Assembly (NCBI GenBank): GCA_041179105.1
Contig: JBEGUC010000003.1
Span: 1,732-65,731 of the forward strand
DNA length: 64,000 bases
From: Verrucomicrobiota bacterium
Lineage (GTDB): Bacteria; Verrucomicrobiota; Verrucomicrobiia; Verrucomicrobiales; Akkermansiaceae
Direction of reading: 5' to 3'
Position 1 is the first letter of the stretch, and each line of letters opens with the position of its first letter. The notes under the pieces were generated by a model that saw nothing but the letters and a program-made list of their open reading frames with translations, made no database searches and was not told the origin of the DNA. Shown here one piece after another: positions 10,355 through 18,754 of the stretch. A program made the position numbers and the translations under genes.

Positions 10355-10367
10355 ACTGGATTTCATC

Positions 10368-10452
10368 TGAACCGCCAAGACGCCAAGAACGCCAAGTTTT
10401 CATAAATTACAAAATCAATCTTCCTTGGCGACCTTAGCGTCTTGGCGGTTCA
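10368..10452. repeat. Gene-less inverted repeat of CGCCAAG units (8-9 nt period), 29-bp arms
   Basis: tgaaccgccaagacgccaagaacgccaag (10368-10396) versus cttggcgaccttagcgtcttggcggttca (10424-10452): 26/29 complementary, 27-nt AT-rich loop. Confidence 0.9.
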
Positions 10453-10476
10453 AAATAACCATCTCAAATTTCTCTC

Positions 10477-11928
10477 ATGTCCTATCTCGTCACCATCGGC
10501 CTCGAAGTCCACTGCCAGGTCAACACGCAGACCAAGATGTTCTGCGCCTGCCGCACCTCCTTCGGCGACACGCCGAACACCCACACCTGCCCCGTCTGCC
10601 TCGGCCTGCCCGGCGCGCTGCCCGTGCTCAACCGCGAGGCCATCGAGAAGACCCTCCTCACCGGGCTGATGATCGGTTGCGGCTCGCCGGAAATTTCGAA
10701 ATGGGATCGGAAGAACTATTTCTATCCGGACATGCCGAAAAACTACCAGACCACTCAGATGGACCTCCCCCTCTGCATCGGTGGCGGCGTCCCGCTTTAC
10801 GAACACTGCTACCCGACTGATGTTAGGAAAAGCATCGCCAACCCCGATAAAATCGTCCGCCTCAACCGCATCCACCTTGAGGAAGACGTCGCGAAATCCA
10901 CCCACCTTGGAAGCTCCTCACTCATCGACTTCAACCGCGCCGGGACTCCGCTGATGGAAATCGTCACCGAGCCCGACCTCGAGTCCGGCGAGGAAGCTTT
11001 CGCCTACGTCCGTTCGCTCCAGATGATCCTCCAACAAGGCGGCGTCTCGGATGCTGATATGGAAAAGGGCCAGCTCCGCTGCGACGTGAACATCTCGCTC
11101 CGCAAGAACGCCGCCGACCCGCTTGGCCAGAAAGTGGAGCTCAAAAACCTCAACTCCATCTCCGCCATCCGCCGCGCCATTCATTTCGAAATCATGCGCC
11201 AGACCGAGGAACTTAACCGTGGCATTCCGCAAATCCAGTCCACCCGGCGTTGGGACGACGACCGCGGCGAAACCCAGATGATGCGCACCAAGGAAGACGC
11301 GCACGATTACCGCTACTTCTCCTGCCCGGACCTCCTGCCCATCGAAACCGCGCCCCTTCTCGCCAAAGTCCGCCCGCTCGTCCCCGCGCTCCCGCACGAG
11401 CTCGCCGCGCGTTTCGAGCACCAGCTCGGCGTCACCGCCTACGATGCCGCCGTGCTCTCCTCGGACAAGCACCTCGCCGCCTATTTCGAGGCCGTCACCG
11501 ACCCCGCCATCCCCGGTAAGAAAGTCGCTAACTTCATCATCAATAACCTGCTAGGCACTCTCAACGAGCGCGCCCTCGGCATCCGCGAATGCCCGGTCGC
11601 CCCGGAAAAACTCCGCGGCCTCCTGCTCCTGATGGAAAACGGCACCCTCGCCGCGAACCAAGCCAAGGACGTCTTCACTGTGCTCTTCGAAAGCCCGGAA
11701 AAAGACCCCGCCGCCATCGCCGACAGCCTCGGTTTCAAACCCGCCGCCGCCGGCGAGCTCGAAGGTCTCTGCGACCAAGTCATCGCCAACAACCCGGCCG
11801 AAGTCGCCGCCGTCAAAGCTGGCAACGAGAAGCTGCTCAACTTCCTAACCGGCCAAGTCATGAAAGCCGCCGCCACCAAGCCCAACCCGAAGCAAGTCAC
11901 CGAGCTGCTGCGGGCAAGGTTATTATAA
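10477..11928 (+). CDS. gatB: Asp/Glu-tRNA amidotransferase subunit B
   Basis: IGLEVHCQ..T.TKMFC, CPVCLGLPGALP, RKNYFYPD, RIHLEED, DFNRAGTPLMEIVTEPD, RCDVN, KEDAHDYRYF. Confidence 0.98.
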   Translation: MSYLVTIGLEVHCQVNTQTKMFCACRTSFGDTPNTHTCPVCLGLPGALPVLNREAIEKTLLTGLMIGCGSPEISKWDRKNYFYPDMPKNYQTTQMDLPLCIGGGVPLYEHCYPTDVRKSIANPDKIVRLNRIHLEEDVAKSTHLGSSSLIDFNRAGTPLMEIVTEPDLESGEEAFAYVRSLQMILQQGGVSDADMEKGQLRCDVNISLRKNAADPLGQKVELKNLNSISAIRRAIHFEIMRQTEELNRGIPQIQSTRRWDDDRGETQMMRTKEDAHDYRYFSCPDLLPIETAPLLAKVRPLVPALPHELAARFEHQLGVTAYDAAVLSSDKHLAAYFEAVTDPAIPGKKVANFIINNLLGTLNERALGIRECPVAPEKLRGLLLLMENGTLAANQAKDVFTVLFESPEKDPAAIADSLGFKPAAAGELEGLCDQVIANNPAEVAAVKAGNEKLLNFLTGQVMKAAATKPNPKQVTELLRARLL

Positions 11929-11963
11929 CCCTTTCCAGTCAGATAGGCCCACGGCGTAAATTC

Positions 11964-12743
11964 CTATCTGGAAAACGCCGCCGCCAGCGACGATAGATCC
12001 GCCGGACCCGCGCGGTCGGCGGTGAGGATCGCCGCTTTCTGCAGCGAGATGATTTCCGAGACTCCCTTGCGCGAGAGTTCGAGCATCGCGGTCATTTCCT
12101 CCGAGGAAAAAACCGCCTCCTCGCCGCTGCCTTGGATTTCCACGAAGTCGAGCGTCTCGGTCATCACCACGTTGAAATCGACTGAAGCCGCCTTGTCCTC
12201 CGGGTAGTTCAAGTCGAGCACCGGCACGCCCTGATAGACGCCAGCGGAGACCGCTGCGACGAGTTTCTTGATTGGGAAATCCCTGAGCTTGCCTTGGGAC
12301 ATCAGCTTGTTGAGCGCGATGGCCATCGCCACGCAGCCGCCAGTGATCGAGGCGGTGCGGGTGCCGCCGTCGGCTTGCAGGACGTCGCAATCGATCCAAA
12401 TCGTGCGCTGCCCGACTTTTTTTAAATCCACGCAAGCTCGGAGTGCGCGGCCGATGAGGCGCTGGATTTCCGACGAGCGACCGTCGATTTTACCGCGGGA
12501 AATGTCGCGCGATTTCCGCTCCAGCGTCGAGTAAGGCAGCATCGAGTATTCGGCGGTGAGCCAGCCGCCTTCGACCCGCTGGGCGCGCATCCAGCGCGGC
12601 ACGTCTTCCTCGATGCTCGCCGAGCAAATCACGCGGGTGTCGCCGAAGGAAACGAGCACCGAGCCGCTGGCGTAGGGTGCCACGTTCGGGATGAAGGAAA
12701 TCGGGCGGAGTTGGTCATTTTGGCGGCCGTCGGGACGAGTCAT
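11964..12743 (-). CDS. rph: Ribonuclease PH
   Basis: RPDGR..DQLR, GSVLVSFGDTRVIC, GWLTAEYSMLP, EIQRLIGR, DVLQADGGTRTA. Confidence 0.97.
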   Translation of the reverse strand: MTRPDGRQNDQLRPISFIPNVAPYASGSVLVSFGDTRVICSASIEEDVPRWMRAQRVEGGWLTAEYSMLPYSTLERKSRDISRGKIDGRSSEIQRLIGRALRACVDLKKVGQRTIWIDCDVLQADGGTRTASITGGCVAMAIALNKLMSQGKLRDFPIKKLVAAVSAGVYQGVPVLDLNYPEDKAASVDFNVVMTETLDFVEIQGSGEEAVFSSEEMTAMLELSRKGVSEIISLQKAAILTADRAGPADLSSLAAAFSR

Positions 12744-12788
12744 GCGCGGAGTGAAATCCACCCGCCCGCCTGCCGCAAGCGTGAAGCT

Positions 12789-14510
12789 CTAGCGGTCCTT
12801 ATTGGGGCGGAGATCCTGGATTCTCCGGTCGGTCTCGGCGGCTTCATTGGGGAGATTGGCCTTCTCGTAGGAAGTCTTGAGGCCGAGGAGCGCGTTCATG
12901 TCGTTAGGGAAAGCTGTGAGCGCGCGTTGATAGGCCTCGATGGCTTCCTTGGGTTGGTTGACGGCGAGGTAATATTCGCCAAGGCGGGCAGCCATGGGAC
13001 TGAGAATCATGGGCGGAAACATCATGGCGGCGGGGAGTTGGCGGTCGGTCGCCGAGGCGAACCAGTTGTAGGCGGTGCCAACTCCGAATTTGGGGCCTGC
13101 TAGGGCGAGGCGACCGCGTAAATCGCTGGCGAGGACTTCGAGCGCGCGAAAGGCGCGAGTCCATGCGGAGCGCTCGCCGATGGCACCCGCCTCGGCCTGG
13201 GTCTTGCTCATGGCCTCGCCGTGAAGGGTGAAGGCGGCGACGACTTGTTGGGCCTCGCTGAATTTTCCGTCGTCTAGCAGGCGGCCGGCCTCGAGGGCGA
13301 AGCGGAGGCCATCGATCCACCAGTAGGCGAGGGATTTTTCATGGGTTTTTTTGAGTTCGGCGGCCTTGGGCATGGAGAGGAGCGCCTCGGCGGCGTTGCC
13401 ACGCAAGCCGCGGTGAAGGAGGATGCGGGCGGGCAATGTTTTGGCCTCCCATAGCAGGTTGCGGACTCCGGGCGAGGCGGTGCGTTTTTCGGAAAATCGG
13501 GTGGCGGCGATCTTGCGGGCGGCGGCGGTGGCGGTGGCGAAGTCGCCCTGCGACGCGAGCGCGACGATCCGGTAGCACTCGGCTTTCACCCATTCGGGGC
13601 TGTCGGCGACGGTGGCTTTGTTTTCCTTCATCCATCTCTGGAAGAAGGAGGAGGCGTGGCCAAAGGCGGAAGCGGCTTTGCCGTGCTGGCCGGAGCGCCA
13701 TTCGTAATGGCCTAGCAGATGGAGATACGGGCCGTAGTCGGGGGACATCTCGCAGAGCTTGCGGGCGAGCTCGGCGGACGGGGCGAGGTCGGGGGCATCC
13801 GCGCGGATGGTGAGCAAGGCGTTGAGCGGCAGCGGGCTGTGGGGGTGCTTTGCGATCAGTGCGAGCAGGCTTTTTTCGGCGGCCTCTTGGTCGGGAGTGG
13901 CGGTGCCGGATGAGTCGTAGCCGCCGCGGCCAAAAAGGGCGGCGAAGATACCGGCTTGAAGCTCGTTAGGAAATTTCTCGGCGACCTTGCGAAACGTGCC
14001 CGCCGCTCCAGCAGGGCCTTCCTCTAGGTATTTGACTAATCCAAATGCATAGCCGCGCTCGAGTTCGCTGCCGTTGCCTCGACCGATTAGGTAAAGCAGG
14101 CGTTGGGTGGCGGCATGGCGCGCGGCGGTTGTTTCCGGCGAGGGGGTGAGCAGCGACATCACCATCCCCCAGTGGGCGAGCAAGCAGTCCGGGTCCTCAC
14201 GCATCGCGGCGGCGAAGTGGCGGCTCGCCTCGAATTCCCAGCCGCCGTGCAGGTGGTTGATGCCTTGGTTGACGTGGGACTGGGCTTTTTCGGTGGCAGC
14301 GGTCACGGCGGTTTCGAGCCCGCCGGGGAGGCTCATCATCGCCGGTTCGGCCAGGGCTTTGACGGAATCGGGAATGGCATCCTCCACCTCCGGCAGCAGG
14401 ACGACTGCCTGCGGCTTGTCGTCATGACTTGCAGGCACCGCGAGCTTGGCTTCCTCGCAGATCGCGAAGGTGGAAATGAGGAGCTGCACCGCGATCAACC
14501 GTATTTTCAT
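12789..14510 (-). CDS. Secreted tetratricopeptide-repeat protein
   Basis: Signal-peptide-like N-terminus; AQ..VNQG....HG.W..EA.R.F..A...DP.C..AHWG motif; several TPR-like helices. Confidence 0.75.
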   Translation of the reverse strand: MKIRLIAVQLLISTFAICEEAKLAVPASHDDKPQAVVLLPEVEDAIPDSVKALAEPAMMSLPGGLETAVTAATEKAQSHVNQGINHLHGGWEFEASRHFAAAMREDPDCLLAHWGMVMSLLTPSPETTAARHAATQRLLYLIGRGNGSELERGYAFGLVKYLEEGPAGAAGTFRKVAEKFPNELQAGIFAALFGRGGYDSSGTATPDQEAAEKSLLALIAKHPHSPLPLNALLTIRADAPDLAPSAELARKLCEMSPDYGPYLHLLGHYEWRSGQHGKAASAFGHASSFFQRWMKENKATVADSPEWVKAECYRIVALASQGDFATATAAARKIAATRFSEKRTASPGVRNLLWEAKTLPARILLHRGLRGNAAEALLSMPKAAELKKTHEKSLAYWWIDGLRFALEAGRLLDDGKFSEAQQVVAAFTLHGEAMSKTQAEAGAIGERSAWTRAFRALEVLASDLRGRLALAGPKFGVGTAYNWFASATDRQLPAAMMFPPMILSPMAARLGEYYLAVNQPKEAIEAYQRALTAFPNDMNALLGLKTSYEKANLPNEAAETDRRIQDLRPNKDR

Positions 14511-14594
14511 GCCGGGAAGATGGCCATGCAATGCCCCTGCCACCAAGTAAAATGACGCTGGCGTGCGCCGCCGCCGCCCGCTTAGTCTCCGGCC

Positions 14595-15398
14595 ATGAAG
14601 CTTGGAATTATTGGATGCGGGAAAATGGGCACAGCATTGATTCAAGGCGCCATCCGTGCGGGTGTGGTCACGGCGGGGGATGTGACGGGCTCGGATCCTT
14701 ACGAGAAATCCCGTGAATCATTCGCGGCGGCGACCGGTGCCAAAGTCGCGGCTAGCGTCGCCGAGTTGGCCGCCAGTTGTGAGGTGATTCTCCTTTGCAC
14801 CAAGCCGCTGGACATCGCGGCCGCTCTGGCAGACGCCGCGCAAATGGCCGCCGGCGCGCCGCGTTTGGTCATTTCTATCGCGGCGGGCGTGACACTTGCC
14901 GCGCTCGAGGACGCAGTTTCAGAAAATTTCCGGATCATCCGCGCCATGCCGAACACCCCGGCGCTCGTCGGCCATGGTGCCGCCGGATATTGCCTCGGCA
15001 CCCGCGCGACTCCGGCAGATGCCGCGACCGCGCAAGCGCTTCTCGGCGCGGTCGGGCTGGCGATCCAAGTTCCCGAGCGGCTGATGGATGCGGTCACCGG
15101 GCTTTCCGGCAGCGGCCCCGCTTACATCTATCTGGTCATCGAGGCCCTGGCCGATGGCGGCGTGCGGGCCGGAATCCCGCGGGTGGACGCGCTGCGCCTC
15201 GCCGCGCAGACAGTGCTCGGATCTGCTGCGATGGTGCTCGAGACCGGCGAACATCCCGCCGTGCTCAAGGACATGGTGACCTCGCCCGGAGGCACCACCA
15301 TCGCCGGTCTGGCAACCCTCGAAAGACACGGTGTGCGCTCGGCACTGATCGAGGCGGTCACTGTCGCCGCTGAGCGAGCGGCGGAACTTGGCAAGTGA
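14595..15398 (+). CDS. proC: Pyrroline-5-carboxylate reductase
   Basis: IGCGKMG, SIAAG, RAMPNTP, TGLSGSGPAY, VTSPGGTT. Confidence 0.97.
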   Translation: MKLGIIGCGKMGTALIQGAIRAGVVTAGDVTGSDPYEKSRESFAAATGAKVAASVAELAASCEVILLCTKPLDIAAALADAAQMAAGAPRLVISIAAGVTLAALEDAVSENFRIIRAMPNTPALVGHGAAGYCLGTRATPADAATAQALLGAVGLAIQVPERLMDAVTGLSGSGPAYIYLVIEALADGGVRAGIPRVDALRLAAQTVLGSAAMVLETGEHPAVLKDMVTSPGGTTIAGLATLERHGVRSALIEAVTVAAERAAELGK

Positions 15399-15445
15399 GC
15401 TATTTTGCGCTTTCCCCACCCCTCCGGCCCCCTATGCTCCGCGCC

Positions 15446-16375
15446 ATGACATCCCGGCTCATTGCCTGCGCGCTGCTTTCGGCCTTTCTCCTCTCTTCCT
15501 GCGGCTCGGACTCCGACATGCCCATCATGGCCGGGAACACCCAGGCCGCCGCAAGCGAGGGCGAGGCTCTCTATCAAAAAGCAAAGGGTGCCGACGACGC
15601 CGGCAACAGCGGCAAGGCGATCAAACTCTACGATCAGACGGCGACGCGTTTTCCCTTCGCGCTCTCTGCCCCGCAGGCCCGTTTCCGCCAGGCCCAGCTG
15701 CTGGAGCAACAGGGCGAGGTGGTGAAAGCCTTCAATGTGTATGATCAATTTCTCGTGCGCTTCCAAGGCAGCGGCCTCTACACCACCGCCCTCAATCGCC
15801 AGGCTGCGATGGCCCAGGCCGCTGCGGACGGAGATGTGAAATCCAGCATGATGGGGATTAAAACCAAGCTCTCGCTCGAGAAGACCGTGGAGATGCTTGG
15901 AAAAGTCCGCGATAACGCGCCCAAGTCCGCCACCGCCGCCAAGGCGCAATACACCATCGGCCAGCTTTACGAGACCAAGAAAAAGTCACGGGAAGCGATC
16001 GCCGCCTACCGCCAGCTCGTCCGCGACCAACCCGCAAGCGCCCAAGCTCCCGAGGCGCTGTTCAGGGTCGGTGTGATTCTAACCGCCGAGGCGGACCGCG
16101 GTAACCAGAACCAAGCGAACCTCGATCTCGCCCGTGAGGCTTTCAACGACTATCTGATTCAATACCCCGGCGACTCCCGCAACGCCGAGGCCCGCAGGCT
16201 GGTGGACAACCTCGGAGGCCGGGATCTCCAGCGCTCTTACGACATCGCCGAGTTCTATCAAAAAACCGGTAAGACCGAGTCCGCCAAGGTTTACTACCGC
16301 GACATCATGAGTCGCGCGAAGTCCGGCCCCTACTACGACAAGGCCCGCGCCCGGCTCAAGGAACTCGGTGAATAA
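15446..16375 (+). CDS. bamD: Outer membrane protein assembly factor BamD-like TPR lipoprotein
   Basis: Lipobox LSSC; TPR helices; F......YP.S....EA and IAEFY.K......A..YY C-terminal pattern; adjacent to lptE. Confidence 0.7.
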   Translation: MTSRLIACALLSAFLLSSCGSDSDMPIMAGNTQAAASEGEALYQKAKGADDAGNSGKAIKLYDQTATRFPFALSAPQARFRQAQLLEQQGEVVKAFNVYDQFLVRFQGSGLYTTALNRQAAMAQAAADGDVKSSMMGIKTKLSLEKTVEMLGKVRDNAPKSATAAKAQYTIGQLYETKKKSREAIAAYRQLVRDQPASAQAPEALFRVGVILTAEADRGNQNQANLDLAREAFNDYLIQYPGDSRNAEARRLVDNLGGRDLQRSYDIAEFYQKTGKTESAKVYYRDIMSRAKSGPYYDKARARLKELGE

Positions 16376-16397
16376 GCTCCGCACCATCCCCGGAACC

Positions 16398-16904
16398 ATG
16401 AAATTTCTCATCCTGCTAGCTCCCGCGCTGCTGCTGGTCTCCTGCACCAGCTATCACCTTGGTGAGACCAAGCCGCAATCCTTGGCACGGGTGAAAACCA
16501 TCGCCGTGCCGATGTTTTCGAACTCCACCTTATTTCCCCGCGCCGAGGCGGTCGCCACCTCCGCCGTGGCCGAGGCCATCGTCCAAGACGGCACCTATCG
16601 GATCGCCAAATCCGACAAGGCCGACGCGATCCTCCAAGGCGATATCAGAAGTATCACCTACAAAAATCTTCGTGGAAACCGCTTCGACGTCTTCCGGCCG
16701 GAGAATCTCGGAAACACTGTGTCGATCGACTGGCAGCTCCGCGACGCGAAGGACCCGACCAAGGTGCTCGCCTCGGGCAAATCGCAGGGCAGCAGCGAGT
16801 TTTTCGCAGCGTCCAATCTCCAGACTGCGCGGAACAACGCGCTGCCCGATGCCTTCCAGCGTGCCGGCGTCGCCTTGGTCTCGCGCTTGGCTGACGGCTA
16901 TTGA
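16398..16904 (+). CDS. lptE: LPS assembly lipoprotein LptE family
   Basis: Lipobox LVSC followed by Y.LG; TIAVPMF.N.T; ADAIL.G.I. Confidence 0.7.
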   Translation: MKFLILLAPALLLVSCTSYHLGETKPQSLARVKTIAVPMFSNSTLFPRAEAVATSAVAEAIVQDGTYRIAKSDKADAILQGDIRSITYKNLRGNRFDVFRPENLGNTVSIDWQLRDAKDPTKVLASGKSQGSSEFFAASNLQTARNNALPDAFQRAGVALVSRLADGY

Positions 16905-16935
16905 GCGCCTGTTCGGAAATTCGGGCAATCTTTGC

Positions 16936-16964
16936 TTGATTCCATACCGTTTGGTTGGTATGGC
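16936..16964 (+). promoter_or_regulatory. Putative tetR promoter with overlapping operator palindrome
   Basis: TTGATT-N17-TATGGC; inverted repeat CCATACC-N8-GGTATGG (16942-16963) fills the spacer; ATG 6 nt after the -10 box. Confidence 0.65.
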
Positions 16965-16970
16965 TTTTTC

Positions 16971-17576
16971 ATGAAGCCACGCAAGAAGCAGCCAGTGCAA
17001 ACCCGGCAAGCCATTTTGGACGCGGCGGACGCGGAGTTCTCCCTTCACGGCTATTGCGGCACCGGCATCGGCGGCATCGTGATTCGGGCGGAATTGACCA
17101 AAGGCGCGCTGTTCCATCATTTCCCGGACAAGCGGGCACTGGCCGTCGCGTGGGTCGGCGAGCGGCTGGGCGCGGGGATCGAGCAAGATTGGATCGCGCC
17201 GTTGGAAGGGGCCGCCTCGCTCGACGCGCTGCGGGACCTTTGTCGGCTGCGCGGCAAAGATCTCCGGGCGGACGACGCGACCTCGGCGCTCGTCGCGGTC
17301 GCCGCAGAGACCGCCGCGCGGGACGAGCCGCTGGCCGAGGCTTTGGAAGGGGTTTTTGGCGCGTGGCGCGCTGCCCTCGCTGGGTTTTTCGAGCGCGGCA
17401 AGGCGGCGGGTTGGCTCTATCCGGCGATCCATCCCGAGGCCGAGGCGGTGATGTTCGTCTCCGCCTTCTCTGGTTTCACGGTGGCCATGAAAACCTCGCG
17501 GAACCCGCAGGCGCGGCAACTTTTCCTCACCGCTTTCGAGGGCTATCTGGAAACGTTGCGCGGCCAGCAAGGTTGA
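16971..17576 (+). CDS. TetR/AcrR family transcriptional regulator
   Basis: TRQAILDAA...F...GY.GT....I...A.LTKGALFHHFPDK HTH signature. Confidence 0.93.
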   Translation: MKPRKKQPVQTRQAILDAADAEFSLHGYCGTGIGGIVIRAELTKGALFHHFPDKRALAVAWVGERLGAGIEQDWIAPLEGAASLDALRDLCRLRGKDLRADDATSALVAVAAETAARDEPLAEALEGVFGAWRAALAGFFERGKAAGWLYPAIHPEAEAVMFVSAFSGFTVAMKTSRNPQARQLFLTAFEGYLETLRGQQG

Positions 17577-17652
17577 GCGACCGGTTTTCAAGATCTTCCG
17601 CTTGAAATGTTTGAGTTTTCGCGGCGTAGTCGAGTTCTCAGCCCATCCTGCC

Positions 17653-18585
17653 ATGCCCGCACTTTCCAAAATTTCCCGTCCCTTGGTCCTTCCGCTCGCC
17701 TGCATCCTCGTCATCCTCGCTGGCATGATGACAATCACCCGCGGCGAACCGAAATCCGTCGGGTTGGCGAAGAAAAAAATCGTCTTTGTCGCCGGTAAGC
17801 CAAGCCACGGCCCCGGCCAGCACGAGCACCGCGCCGGTTGCATGCTGCTTGCCGACCAGTTGAACAAGAGCGGTCTGCCTATCGACGCGGTGGTCACCAC
17901 CAACGGTTGGCCGGAGGACAAGTCGGTCTTCGACGGTGCTTCAGCCGTGGTCATTTACTCCGACGGCGGTCCCGGGCACCCGGCCATAAACCAGCTCGCA
18001 GATATGAAAAAAATGGCGGATTCCGGCGTCGGCATCGGTTGCATTCATTACGCCGTGGAAATCCCCAAAGGCGAACCCGGCAACGCATTCCTCAACCTCA
18101 TCGGCGGCTATTTCGAAACCGACTGGTCGGTCAATCCGCACTGGGACGCCTCGTTCAAGCTACCCAAGCACGCCATTACCCGCGGCATCCGGGATTTTAA
18201 GATGCGCGACGAGTGGTATTACCACATGCGTTTTCGCGAGAACATGGAAGGCGTGACCCCGATTCTGAGTGATCTGCCGCCCGCAGACACCCTGTCCCGC
18301 AAGGACGGTCCGCACGAAGGAAATCCGGCAGTCCGCGCCGCCGTCTTGGAGCGCAAAGAACCCCAGCACATGATGTGGGCTTACGAGCGCCCCGCGACTC
18401 TCGGCGGCGGGCGCGCCTTCGGATTCACCGGCGGCCATTTCCACAAGAACTGGCAGCAGGACGACCACCGTCGCGTGGTGCTCAATGCCATCGCTTGGAT
18501 CGCCAATTTCAAAGTTCCCGAAACCGGCGTGCCCGCCCCGACTCCCACCGACGAGGAAATGGCGGCGAATTTGGACAAGAAATAG
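17653..18585 (+). CDS. Secreted ThuA-like (class I glutamine amidotransferase fold) domain protein
   Basis: Signal/TM segment; KKIVFVAG.PSHG.G.HE, G.GCIHYA, H.ITRG......DEWY, GRAFG.T.GH. Confidence 0.8.
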   Translation: MPALSKISRPLVLPLACILVILAGMMTITRGEPKSVGLAKKKIVFVAGKPSHGPGQHEHRAGCMLLADQLNKSGLPIDAVVTTNGWPEDKSVFDGASAVVIYSDGGPGHPAINQLADMKKMADSGVGIGCIHYAVEIPKGEPGNAFLNLIGGYFETDWSVNPHWDASFKLPKHAITRGIRDFKMRDEWYYHMRFRENMEGVTPILSDLPPADTLSRKDGPHEGNPAVRAAVLERKEPQHMMWAYERPATLGGGRAFGFTGGHFHKNWQQDDHRRVVLNAIAWIANFKVPETGVPAPTPTDEEMAANLDKK

Positions 18586-18754
18586 TGAGTCTCCCTCACT
18601 CGCCGGAGCAGCAGGACCCGCATTCGTGGAAACAATCCACGCACCAGCCTTTGCCGTCGATCACCGTCACGGCCTCCCTCCCGCAGCCCTCGCAAGTCGG
18701 CGGCGGGGCGAGGGTGTCTATCGAGATTTCAGCGACGCTCATGAGCACCGCATT

